64,000 bases of DNA from an uncultured virus (IMG/VR IMGVR_UViG_3300044733_004146) (taxonomy: Duplodnaviria > Heunggongvirae > Uroviricota > Caudoviricetes): IMG/VR virus record IMGVR_UViG_3300044733_004146; one strand, 5' to 3'. The stretch's first letter is position 1, and each line of letters starts with the position of its first letter. A model generated the notes under the pieces. The model was not told the origin of the DNA. It saw only the letters and a program-made list of their open reading frames with translations, and did not search any database. Shown here one piece after another: positions 34,950-44,126 of the stretch. The translations under genes were made by a program, and so were the position numbers.

Positions 34950-37568
34950 ATGGCAGACCAAACAATTTCGCAGCTAAATCTTCTTGCTGCTGGTTCGCTG
35001 GCGGCGAATGATGAACTGCCGATTGTTGATATTAGTGCCAGTGAAACCAAGAAAATTCGTGCTGCCACCCTGGTAGAAGCTGGTATTGAGCTAATCACCA
35101 ATGGTAGTATTGATTTAGTCAAGCTTGATCAAAATAGTACCACCAAGATTGGCACGGCTGCATTGGCCGATGCAGCGATTACTGCCGCCAAATTAAACGA
35201 CAATAGTTCTATTGTTTCGGCCAGCACTTCTCCTGGCGCCAATAACTTCACTGGAAAGGGCTGGTTCCGCTCCACTGATCAGAATCTCTATATTTATTCC
35301 GCTGGTTCGTATCAGCAAGTAGTGATGCCCACTGCTGGCATTGCAGACGGTGCTGTTACAACTGTCAAGATTGCGGCCAATGCCGTTACTGATGCAAAAA
35401 TTCAAAGTGGTGGCCTCACTGCTTCTGGAATTGCCACTGATGCAATTACTACCATCAAAATTCTTGATGGCAATGTAACGACTGCCAAAATCGCCAACAG
35501 TGCAGTTACTGGCGCCAAAATTGCTGCTTCCACCATTGATGCCACTAAGTTTGCGGCAGGAGCAGTGGATACTGCTGCATTGGCTGCTAGTGGAATTACT
35601 AGTGTTAAGTTTGCCGCTGGCGCTGTTGATACCACTGCTCTTGGAGCATTGGCAGTTACCAATGCAAAAATTGCTGCTTCTACCATTGAATATGGCAAGC
35701 TAAATCTTGCGGACGGCAGTGTTCCAGGCTCCAAGATTACTAGCGCAACAATTAGCGGCCTTCAACTTGCCGCGTCTGCCGTTGGGACCAGCGCCATTGC
35801 TGATAGTGCTGTTACGGCTGCAAAGATTGTTACTAGTGGCGTAACGGCTGGCAAGATCGACACCAATGCAGTGACGACGGCCACTATTGCTGCTAGTGCC
35901 GTTACTGCTGCAAAGATTGGAGCGGAGGCTGTCACCACTGCGGCATTAGCCACGAGTGGTATTACTAGCGCAAAATTTGCCGCTGGCGCCGTTGATACCA
36001 CTGCGCTGGGAAGCGCTGCCGTTACCAACGATAAGATTGCCAACGCCACGATTGCCTATGCCAAGCTCAATCTTTCTGACGGGGACGTTCCTGGCACCAA
36101 AATTACTAGCGCCACGATTAGCGGCTTGCAGATTAGCACTGGCGGCGTGCTTACTGCCAATATTGCTGATAGTGCTATTACCAATGCGAAGATTGCATCT
36201 GGCACCATTGGCGTAGGGAAGTTCACTGCTAGCGCCATTGATACTGTCAACATTGCTGATGACGCTGTAACACTGGCAAAGATTGCTGATAGTGCAGTGG
36301 GCACTGCTCAGTTGGTTGATAGTGGCGTGACGGCCATCAAGCTTGCCAACAGCTCTTCGACAGTGGTGCAAGCCAATGCGCCAGTTGCGAATGGTACGTT
36401 TACTGGCCAGCAATTCCTCGACACGTCCACTGGTTATGAATACACGTGGAATGGTGCAGCGTGGCAACGCCAAGCGGCCATCAATGAAATTACTTTCAAC
36501 GATTCCACGCCTCTTACTTTTTCAGTGGCGTATGCAGATAATTTCTCGGCTCAAATTACCACTGGATTGGACAATCAATCCGCCAATCGCATTTTTGCCG
36601 GCCCTATTTCAGGATCACCGTCCAGTCCTACGTTTAGGAGTTTAGAAGCTCCAGACTTGCCCTTGGCAACTGCAGGCACTGTAGGCGCTGTGTTGCCTGG
36701 TGCTGGCTTGCAAATGGGCAGTCCTGGCACTATTCAACATAGTAATTCCACAACGGCAGGCACATTTGCAGGCGCAATTACGATTGATGCCCAAGGGCAT
36801 ATTGTTAGCGCTAGCCCTTTTATGAGCGCAGATGATGTGCCTGATCTTGATGCCAGCAAGATTACTACTGGCACGTTTTCCAGCACTTTCCTTGCTCCAA
36901 ATAGCGTTACGGCGTCACAATTAGCCGACTATGGCATTGCACAAGTTAGTGAAAGTGCTCCAACGCCAGAATTTGCTGGTCAATGGTGGATCAATCCCAA
37001 TGACCGCTCTGCATATATCTGGGTGGGTGCAGTGGCTCCTTCTCCGGAGGGCTATTGGCTAAACCTTGGCTATGGCAGCCCTACGCAAATTAACTTGCGC
37101 TTTGGTGGCACTTATAACGCCTCTGGCAATGTTGTTCAAAGTATCAACAGTTACGGCATTGAAGCCGGCTTGACCATTGGCCAACCGCTGTCTAGCCCCA
37201 ATACCAGCAATAACGGCGTCTATCTGATTTGTACGTCTTCGGGCGTGGGCACAACTCCGGCTCCCAATGAAAACCTTGCCATTGGTAACTGGGTGTTGTC
37301 CGAAGGCGTTGGTTCCACTTGGACGAAGGTAACGCTTAGTAGTGCCGTGGCTGGCGTTGGAGATCAAGATGTGCTGGTTGACGGCAGCGCCTTAATACCT
37401 GCGGCGTCAGGCGTGGCCAGCCAGGAAGATTTAAATGAAATATTGTGGGCACGAGCGCAAATTGCAAATTTAACCACGGCTGGCATTGTTCGCGCCTCCA
37501 CGGAAATTGCAGTGGCGTCTGGTACTGGCGAAATGAGCATTGGCACAGTCGATGATGGCTCTTATTAA
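34950..37568 (+). CDS. Long tail fibre with AVTxAKI repeats
   Basis: Dozens of roughly 10-aa (A/G)(V/I)TxAKI repeats. Ends DDGSY. Confidence 0.8.
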   Translation: MADQTISQLNLLAAGSLAANDELPIVDISASETKKIRAATLVEAGIELITNGSIDLVKLDQNSTTKIGTAALADAAITAAKLNDNSSIVSASTSPGANNFTGKGWFRSTDQNLYIYSAGSYQQVVMPTAGIADGAVTTVKIAANAVTDAKIQSGGLTASGIATDAITTIKILDGNVTTAKIANSAVTGAKIAASTIDATKFAAGAVDTAALAASGITSVKFAAGAVDTTALGALAVTNAKIAASTIEYGKLNLADGSVPGSKITSATISGLQLAASAVGTSAIADSAVTAAKIVTSGVTAGKIDTNAVTTATIAASAVTAAKIGAEAVTTAALATSGITSAKFAAGAVDTTALGSAAVTNDKIANATIAYAKLNLSDGDVPGTKITSATISGLQISTGGVLTANIADSAITNAKIASGTIGVGKFTASAIDTVNIADDAVTLAKIADSAVGTAQLVDSGVTAIKLANSSSTVVQANAPVANGTFTGQQFLDTSTGYEYTWNGAAWQRQAAINEITFNDSTPLTFSVAYADNFSAQITTGLDNQSANRIFAGPISGSPSSPTFRSLEAPDLPLATAGTVGAVLPGAGLQMGSPGTIQHSNSTTAGTFAGAITIDAQGHIVSASPFMSADDVPDLDASKITTGTFSSTFLAPNSVTASQLADYGIAQVSESAPTPEFAGQWWINPNDRSAYIWVGAVAPSPEGYWLNLGYGSPTQINLRFGGTYNASGNVVQSINSYGIEAGLTIGQPLSSPNTSNNGVYLICTSSGVGTTPAPNENLAIGNWVLSEGVGSTWTKVTLSSAVAGVGDQDVLVDGSALIPAASGVASQEDLNEILWARAQIANLTTAGIVRASTEIAVASGTGEMSIGTVDDGSY

Positions 37569-37590
37569 AGCCAATGTTGAGGACTGACCA

Positions 37591-37755
37591 ATGCATGAAA
37601 GGTTTGTTTATGCCGGCAAGGAAATTCCTCCCTACGGGGATAGAGGACAAGTGCTCGTAAAAACAGCTTCGGCATTTTATTACACAGCCTGGGCTGACAT
37701 TGACCATGTGATTAATGATATGAATGCTGAGTTAGACGAAGGTGAATATTACTAG
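37591..37755 (+). CDS. 54-aa fibre-associated protein (not in ORF track)
   Basis: Translated by hand: MHERF...PPYGDRGQVLVKT....YYTAW...LDEGEYY. Confidence 0.65.
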   Translation: MHERFVYAGKEIPPYGDRGQVLVKTASAFYYTAWADIDHVINDMNAELDEGEYY

Positions 37756-37795
37756 AATGTTGAAGACTTAATCGCCACCTTTTAGGTTTAGGCAC

Positions 37796-40700
37796 ATGGC
37801 TTCTATTCTTAAGCATCTTCGTTCTTCTACTGCCAACAAGCGTCCCACTGCATCGGGCTTGGCAGATGGTCAGATTGCTATTAACACTGCATCTGGCACC
37901 CCTGCATTGTTCTTTAAAGACAGTGCAAGCAATATTGTTAAAGTGGGCCCTGCTCACGTGGGCGCCACTGCTCCGAATACAAGCCCGGCTGGTAGCGCTG
38001 GCAACTCCACTGGTGAGCTATGGGTGGATAATGGCCTGACAACGAATGGCCTGAAATATTACAACGGCACTGCTTTTGTCAACCTTACACCCTCTGGCAC
38101 TACGAGCACCATTGGCTTGGTTGAGCTTGCCACTGATGCGGAAACTCAAGCCGGCACTGACGCCGCCCGAGCCGTAACGCCTTCTGGCTTGCAGAGCAAG
38201 ATTAGCAATAGCACCTCCACGTCTTCTTCTACCACCATTGCCTCCTCTACGGCAGTTAAGAGCGCTTACGATTTGGCCGACGCGGCACTTCCCAAGACTG
38301 GAGGCACCATTACTGGGGCGGTGACAATTAGCCCTAGCGGAAGCTTGGTTTTTGAAGGGGCAACTGATGATGGTTTTGAAACCACCATTGCCGTGGTGGA
38401 TCCGACGGCAGATAGGACGATTACGTTGCCTAATGTTACGGGCACTGTTGTTACGACTGGCGATAGTGGCACTGTTACTAGCACAATGATTGCGAATGAT
38501 ACCATCGTTGATGCTGACATTAATAGCGCGGCTGCAATTACATTGACGAAGTTGGGAACTGGAGCATTGCCAACCACGATCACTGTTGCAAGTGGCAATA
38601 TTGTTGATGGCACAATCAGTAATGTTGAAATTAGCGCTAGCGCAGCAATTGCTGATACCAAGCTTGATACCATTTCGACTGCTGATAAGGTTTCGCTATC
38701 GGCATTAAATATTGATGGTGGCACTGACATTGGTGCAGCATTGGCCGATGCTGATTTGTTCATTGTTGACGATGGTGGAGCTGGTACTAATCGCAAGGCT
38801 GCTGCCACGCGCATTACGGACTATACCTTTGGTAAAGTTTCCGGCGATATTACAATCACTTCTTCTGGCGTGGCAGCCATTGGCAGTGGAAAGATTACTA
38901 GCACAATGATCCTTGACGGGACCATTTTGAACGCCGACGTCAACGCTTCTGCCGCCATCGCTGGCACCAAGATCAGCCCGGACTTTGGCAGCCAGACGAT
39001 TGCGACAACCGGCATCGTTAGCCACGCACTTGGCACTGCTGGCGCCCCAACCGTTACTTTTACCGGCGACACCAACACCGGCATCTACTCTCCCGGTGCT
39101 GACCAAGTAGCCATCTCAACTAATGGCACTGGGCGGTTGTTCGTTAATGCGAGTGGGAATGTTGGGGTGGGCACTACGAGCCCTAGCTTTTTGCTTACTT
39201 GCGCCACAAGCGCAGATGGCGTTGATGGAGTATCAGTCGAATCTCCAAGCCTTAATGGCGTCATCCGTTTGCGGGCTGATGGAACAAACGGAAACGCTAT
39301 TCGGGTGGGAGGCGTAGGCGCTCAAGGGAATACTCTTCGTTTTCTTGTTGGATCAGACGTAGAACGCATGCGTATCGACTCCAGTGGGCGCTTAGGTCTG
39401 GGGACTACTTCGCCTGATGCGAATAGCCAGCTTCATGTTGTTGGATCCAGTTATCAACCTTTATACATTAATACCACTGGCACTGGTGGGGGTGGCGCAG
39501 CGTTTCTTCGCTCAGGCACTCAAGCCCTTTATGTGGGCACCGCTGGGGGGAGCTGGCTTACTGGGTCTTCGACCGCAGATGGACTTATTCGATCAGAAGC
39601 AAATCTCATTTTTGGTATTGGCAACAGCGAACGCATGAGGATTGACTCCTCAGGTCGAGTAGGGATTGGCACTACTGCGCCTGCTACAACACTTGAAGTA
39701 AATGGAACAAGTTATGTTACGGATTTATTGATTCGCAATAATGCTGGAACTCCATCCTTGGGAACATCGCCTTGGCTGTATTCACCTGCCAGTGGGGCTT
39801 TAGCTATTGCCACCAATGCTAGTGAGCGCGTGCGCATCGACAGCTCCGGCAGGCTCTTAGTTGGCACGTCTTCTGCCTCTAGCGCAGGTGCTTACGCGCA
39901 GTTTGGTCTAATCAAGATCCAAGGCAATACTTCGTCGTCAGGCGGATCAGCAATCCTCAATATCGCAAGGGGTGAAACCGCAACATCTATCACAAGCGGC
40001 GAAGACCTTGGCGCAATTTCATTCACAGATAGCAGCGGAAACGAGTTCGGCACTATCGTCTGCGCGGCTGATGGAACCGCTGGATCGAATGACTATCCGG
40101 GCCGCCTAGTGTTCTCCACTACCGCCGATGGAGCGAGCAGCCCGACGGAGCGGATGAGGATTACGAGCGCAGGAAATGCTTACATTGGTCGAATTGCTGA
40201 CGGCGATGGACAAGGAATTTCATTACATGCAGATGGTTTTGTCAGGATCAATCGCAGCAGCGCAGTTCCTTTAGTTGTAAATAGAAACGGAGATGACGGA
40301 ACTCTTGTCGAACTACGCCAAGCAGACGTAGTTGAAGGCACTATTTCTGTTTCCGGAACTACTGTTCAACTCAACGGCGCTCACCTTTCTCGCTGGTCCC
40401 AGCTTCTTAATGGCGGGCGCGAAGATATTCTGCGCGGCACTGTGCTAAGCAATCTGGATGAGATGTGCGAGTGGGGTGATCAAGATAATGAACAACTCAA
40501 CCGCATGAAGGTTTCTGACGTTGAAGGTGACCCGAACGTGTCTGGCGTGTTTGTCGATTGGGACAACGACGACGACACCTACACCGAAGACTTCTACTGC
40601 GCGATGACAGGTGACTTCATCATCCGCATTGCCGAAGGTGTCACGGTGCAGCGGGGCGACCTGCTGATGTCCGCTGGTGATGGAACCGCTAAACCGCAGG

Positions 40701-40810
40701 ACGACGACATTGTCCGCAGCAAGACCATCGCCAAAGTGACCAGCACTCACGTCACCTGCACTTACGAGGATGGCAGCTACTGCGTGCCTTGCGTGCTGAT
40801 GGCTTGCTAA
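37796..40810 (+). CDS. Tail fibre / receptor-binding protein with ERMRI repeats and a C-terminal intramolecular-chaperone-like domain
   Basis: Mtd-N-like start (LADGQIAIN), GLVELAT, ASSTAVKSAYD, four ER(M/V)RI motifs and a C-terminal GDLLMS...KTIAKV. Confidence 0.85.
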   Translation: MASILKHLRSSTANKRPTASGLADGQIAINTASGTPALFFKDSASNIVKVGPAHVGATAPNTSPAGSAGNSTGELWVDNGLTTNGLKYYNGTAFVNLTPSGTTSTIGLVELATDAETQAGTDAARAVTPSGLQSKISNSTSTSSSTTIASSTAVKSAYDLADAALPKTGGTITGAVTISPSGSLVFEGATDDGFETTIAVVDPTADRTITLPNVTGTVVTTGDSGTVTSTMIANDTIVDADINSAAAITLTKLGTGALPTTITVASGNIVDGTISNVEISASAAIADTKLDTISTADKVSLSALNIDGGTDIGAALADADLFIVDDGGAGTNRKAAATRITDYTFGKVSGDITITSSGVAAIGSGKITSTMILDGTILNADVNASAAIAGTKISPDFGSQTIATTGIVSHALGTAGAPTVTFTGDTNTGIYSPGADQVAISTNGTGRLFVNASGNVGVGTTSPSFLLTCATSADGVDGVSVESPSLNGVIRLRADGTNGNAIRVGGVGAQGNTLRFLVGSDVERMRIDSSGRLGLGTTSPDANSQLHVVGSSYQPLYINTTGTGGGGAAFLRSGTQALYVGTAGGSWLTGSSTADGLIRSEANLIFGIGNSERMRIDSSGRVGIGTTAPATTLEVNGTSYVTDLLIRNNAGTPSLGTSPWLYSPASGALAIATNASERVRIDSSGRLLVGTSSASSAGAYAQFGLIKIQGNTSSSGGSAILNIARGETATSITSGEDLGAISFTDSSGNEFGTIVCAADGTAGSNDYPGRLVFSTTADGASSPTERMRITSAGNAYIGRIADGDGQGISLHADGFVRINRSSAVPLVVNRNGDDGTLVELRQADVVEGTISVSGTTVQLNGAHLSRWSQLLNGGREDILRGTVLSNLDEMCEWGDQDNEQLNRMKVSDVEGDPNVSGVFVDWDNDDDTYTEDFYCAMTGDFIIRIAEGVTVQRGDLLMSAGDGTAKPQDDDIVRSKTIAKVTSTHVTCTYEDGSYCVPCVLMAC

Positions 40811-40910
40811 ACCTCTTAGTCCTACTCTCTACTGGGCTTGACGCCGTGTTGTAATGTGGTAGGGCAGCGAGTTTCCGGCTCCTGCCCACGGCCACAGTTC
40901 CCCAAAAACC

Positions 40911-41084
40911 ATGACCAAACAAGAATATCGTGGCTCGCCCCACACATCTTGGGCTAAAGACGGAAAAGTCTTTTTAGCCAATGAAGAAGACAGTTACTAC
41001 ACCGAAGAGTTCCGAAGCCGCGAAGAACTGGAAGTCTTTATCCAGGAGTTGCGTGCCACCGCTGATAAAGCGTGGCCAAGCTGA
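40911..41084 (+). CDS. 57-aa hypothetical protein (not in ORF track)
   Basis: Translated by hand: MTKQEYRGSPHTSW...FRSREELEVFIQELRATADKAWPS. Confidence 0.65.
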   Translation: MTKQEYRGSPHTSWAKDGKVFLANEEDSYYTEEFRSREELEVFIQELRATADKAWPS

Positions 41085-41107
41085 TTAACCATTCCCCCTT
41101 AACGCTC

Positions 41108-41428
41108 ATGACGCGCTCCTTTTGGGAACTCACCAAGGGCTTCAATGCTGAGCGCCGGGAGCGCATAGAGCAGCGTAAAATTGAATTACGCCATGTGTCA
41201 AAACAAAGCCAGGAGCCGCTTTCCCAAGGTGTGGTGGAGCGCGACCCCGCGATCTGCTCGGGACAGCTTGTATTTAGCGGCACGCGGATTCCCGTGGCCG
41301 TGGTGGTGGAGCAATTGCGTGCTGGCGTCTCTCCCACAGAACTGCAGGAAGACTTTCCTCAACTTAGCCGCACCGCGCTGGACTACGCGGAGATCCAGGC
41401 CCAACACGCCAAAGACCAGCTTCAGTAG
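41108..41428 (+). CDS. DUF433-domain protein (antitoxin-like)
   Basis: DPAICSGQLVFSGTRIPV...LRAG.S..EL..DFPQL. Confidence 0.85.
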   Translation: MTRSFWELTKGFNAERRERIEQRKIELRHVSKQSQEPLSQGVVERDPAICSGQLVFSGTRIPVAVVVEQLRAGVSPTELQEDFPQLSRTALDYAEIQAQHAKDQLQ

Positions 41429-41451
41429 TTGCTTTCGATACCAAGCATGGG

Positions 41452-41480
41452 TTGACAGCTTCTGTACAAGCGACTAGTCT
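41452..41480 (+). promoter_or_regulatory. Sigma70-type promoter for the recombinase
   Basis: TTGACA, 17 nt spacer, TAGTCT. Confidence 0.7.
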
Positions 41481-41501
41481 GGCCGTCTTCGCCCTCAAAC
41501 C

Positions 41502-42356
41502 ATGCCCACCACTCTTGCGGAGCTTTGGAGTGCCTTCTTGGAAGAGCGCTCCATTTCTCTATGTCCAACCAGCTTGACTTCCGACTACAGGCAAGTAACA
41601 AAATGGTTAAAGCGTTGCCCAATTCAAGACTTAAATGAAGCACGCAAAATCATGATTTGGGTGTTGGGAGAAAAGCCGGTGCTTTCTTCTAGACGCGTCG
41701 CAATGTATGCAAAAACAATGTTTCGCTGGGCAGCACAAGAAGACGTGGGTTACTTGGACAAGAATCCTCTTGCAAGCTTTAAAATGCCTAAAGCTCCGCA
41801 AAGAAACGAGGAAATTGTTGTAATTCCGCGAGATGAAGTGGGATTAGTCCTTGCAGCACTAGAAGCCAAGCAAACTTATAAAAATGTTAACTGGACTTGG
41901 TATACAGAATTTATGCTTCAAACCGCCATGCGAACTGGTGAAGTAAGAGCATTGCGATGGGACGATATCAAGGACAACAAGATTCTTGTGCATCAAAACT
42001 GGACCCTTACGCATGGATTAAAAGATAGTACTAAAACAAACAAAAAGCGATGGGTGCCATTGAACAATAAATGTCAAGAAATTATGGCGCAACTTTCTCA
42101 AGACAATGAATATATTTTTCCATGGGATCGCTTGGCGTTTCAGAGTTATTTTCGTAAAAAACTGCAGCCATTACACCAAGCAGAGTTAATTAGTCATGCT
42201 TATCGCCCTTATGATTGCAGGCACACCGCGATTAGCCGCTGGATTGAGGCGGGCATTCCAGTGCCACAGGTGGCAAACTGGGCTGGTAATACCAGTGAAA
42301 TTATTTTTAAGCATTATTGCAATACCACCAAGGAGTACGAAATGCCGGAGCTGTAA
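41502..42356 (+). CDS. Tyrosine recombinase/integrase
   Basis: TAMRTGE (R), TKTNK (K), PYDCRHT, WAGN and KHY (Y). Confidence 0.9.
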   Translation: MPTTLAELWSAFLEERSISLCPTSLTSDYRQVTKWLKRCPIQDLNEARKIMIWVLGEKPVLSSRRVAMYAKTMFRWAAQEDVGYLDKNPLASFKMPKAPQRNEEIVVIPRDEVGLVLAALEAKQTYKNVNWTWYTEFMLQTAMRTGEVRALRWDDIKDNKILVHQNWTLTHGLKDSTKTNKKRWVPLNNKCQEIMAQLSQDNEYIFPWDRLAFQSYFRKKLQPLHQAELISHAYRPYDCRHTAISRWIEAGIPVPQVANWAGNTSEIIFKHYCNTTKEYEMPEL

Positions 42357-42392
42357 TTTGCTCTTACAATAAAGCAGGCTATTTTGTTAATC

Positions 42393-42713
42393 ATGGCTTC
42401 TTCCATTGAATTTACTTGGGGCGTCGCTAATCTTGAGCGCACGCTGTCAGATGGTGTAGTGTACACCATTCATTACACCATTGATGCTTTTGACGGTACT
42501 TACCGTTCGGGGGCGTATGGCTCTCTCGGTCTTGAACCGCCTGAGCCCGACTCGCTTATTCCGTATGCTGATCTCACTGCTGAAATGGTAGTGGAATGGA
42601 CGAAGGAGAAAATTGGCGAGGAGAAAGTGGCTGAAATTGAAGCCGCTCTTGCCGCTCAAATTCAGCAACAAATTGCCCCGACCACGGGCGCCGGCGTGCC
42701 TTGGGCTAGCTAA
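42393..42713 (+). CDS. Putative tail fibre chaperone / fibre-associated protein
   Basis: IPYADLT...V.EW and a C-terminal GVPW, typical of genes that follow fibres. Confidence 0.6.
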   Translation: MASSIEFTWGVANLERTLSDGVVYTIHYTIDAFDGTYRSGAYGSLGLEPPEPDSLIPYADLTAEMVVEWTKEKIGEEKVAEIEAALAAQIQQQIAPTTGAGVPWAS

Positions 42714-42737
42714 TATAGTGCTTTCGCACGTCCACCA

Positions 42738-42875
42738 TTGGCCGTAAAAAGCAAAGTTGGCGCTTCTTCGTCAAAGCGCATTATCATCCGCAAGCCCAAA
42801 ACCACGAAGCAAGGGCAAGGAAAAAATAGCAAAGCTTCTCATGGGCGCAAGCTCATGCGAGGTCAAGGTAAATAA
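42738..42875 (+). CDS. 45-aa highly basic peptide ending RGQGK (TTG start; not in ORF track)
   Basis: Translated by hand: MAVKSKVG...KPKTTKQGQGKNSKASHGRKLMRGQGK. Followed by a terminator. Confidence 0.65.
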   Translation: MAVKSKVGASSSKRIIIRKPKTTKQGQGKNSKASHGRKLMRGQGK

Positions 42876-42882
42876 AGCCAAG

Positions 42883-42905
42883 GGAGAGCAATGCTCTCCT
42901 TTTTT
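42883..42905 (+). terminator. Intrinsic terminator
   Basis: GGAGAGC-AAT-GCTCTCC-TTTTTT. Confidence 0.75.
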
Positions 42906-42964
42906 CTTGTTTAAAACAATGCAAGGCTATAATAAAACAAAACAGTTGGGGAGAAAAGGGAGAA

Positions 42965-43306
42965 ATGTATTATCCCGCCACTTACAACATAGTGGTGCTG
43001 CAAAACTCCACTTACCGCATGCAGATTACTGCTACGCAAAGCGGCGGCACTCCCATCAATCTTTCTGGATATACCATTGATAGCGATATTTGCGGCGCAT
43101 TGGACGGAGAAATTGTTGCAAGTTTTGTACCAGCTATTACAAATGCAGCTAGCGGAATTTTTCAATTGACATTGGCGCCAAGTGTTTCTAGCGGACTGGA
43201 AGTAGGAATTTATAATTATGACGTGAGTGCCACGCAAGCCGGTGGAGATCGTTATTACTGGCTAAAAGGCGTTTGCACTGTTTCCGGCACTTGTTCTAGG
43301 AATTAA
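42965..43306 (+). CDS. Fibre adaptor (BppU-N-like Ig fold), paralog 1
   Basis: PATYNI...Q...PINLSGY...YNYDV...YWLKG. Confidence 0.65.
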   Translation: MYYPATYNIVVLQNSTYRMQITATQSGGTPINLSGYTIDSDICGALDGEIVASFVPAITNAASGIFQLTLAPSVSSGLEVGIYNYDVSATQAGGDRYYWLKGVCTVSGTCSRN

Positions 43307-43308
43307 TC

Positions 43309-44124
43309 ATGCCCGATATCATTCTTACTGTTGTTAGTGGTGAGCCAGTTGCTATTGGTTTGTCCATCCCTGGCGTGCAAGGACCGATGGGACAGAGTAC
43401 GTTGCCGTCTGGCGGTAGCGTGGGGCAAATTATTGCCAAGGCTACAAGCGTAGATTATGACGCATCGTGGACTTCCACGGCTTCTGGCCTGACGCTTCGT
43501 AATTCAACTATTTCCGGCACCACTGTTTTAGGGACCATTTCTGGCGGCACTTATCAAGCGGCAACAATTACTGGCGCCACGATTAATGGGCCAACAATTA
43601 ATGGAGGCACGGCCAATGGCACGGCATTGTCCAATGCAATTGTTGATCAATGCACTCTTGACAATTCAACGTTTGAAGACGGCACAATTTTCAACGTAAC
43701 GCTTTCCGGCACCATCACTAACGTAGCCACAGTTAGCAGTGGCACTTATAACAATGCAGTTATCACTTCCCCAACTATTTCTGGCGGCACATTAAACAAT
43801 GTCACAATTAATTCGCCAACAGTATCCGGAGGTACTTTTGCTTCTTCCACAGTCAATTCCCCCACGCTTTCAGGAGGCACTTTAGCCGCCACCAGTATTT
43901 CGTCTTCCGCTTTAATTTTTCCAACCATTTCTGGAACCATCACTGCTTCTGGAGGCGTAACGATTTTTGCCAGTGGCGCATCGATGGGCTTCTTTGGCGC
44001 ATCGCCCGTCGTCTGTCCATCTGGCATCTCCATTCCTAGTGGCGGTTCTTCCACTGCTGAAGTATTGACGGCCCTAAGCGGCGTCATTCTTGCCTTGCAA
44101 AATCTTGGCCTTATTCGTGCATAA
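43309..44124 (+). CDS. Fibre-like protein with pentapeptide SPT(I/V)SGGT repeats
   Basis: PGVQGP, PSGG..GQIIAK...YDASW and repeats. Ends LQNLGLI. Confidence 0.65.
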   Translation: MPDIILTVVSGEPVAIGLSIPGVQGPMGQSTLPSGGSVGQIIAKATSVDYDASWTSTASGLTLRNSTISGTTVLGTISGGTYQAATITGATINGPTINGGTANGTALSNAIVDQCTLDNSTFEDGTIFNVTLSGTITNVATVSSGTYNNAVITSPTISGGTLNNVTINSPTVSGGTFASSTVNSPTLSGGTLAATSISSSALIFPTISGTITASGGVTIFASGASMGFFGASPVVCPSGISIPSGGSSTAEVLTALSGVILALQNLGLIRA

Positions 44125-44126
44125 TT

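Noticed and set aside
35100..36360. Repetitive DNA in the fibre gene as a possible CRISPR array or DGR repeat
   Set aside because: The repeats are degenerate protein-level repeats without spacers. No reverse transcriptase or TR/VR pair is seen in the window.
40838..40866. TTGACG at 40838 (and TTGACA at 63032) as promoters
   Set aside because: No convincing -10 hexamer at 16-18 nt spacing.
41502..42356. Integrase as proof of a temperate lifestyle or a prophage boundary
   Set aside because: No host genes, att repeats or immunity module are seen. Only a 6-bp CTCTTA match flanks the insert, which is too short to call.
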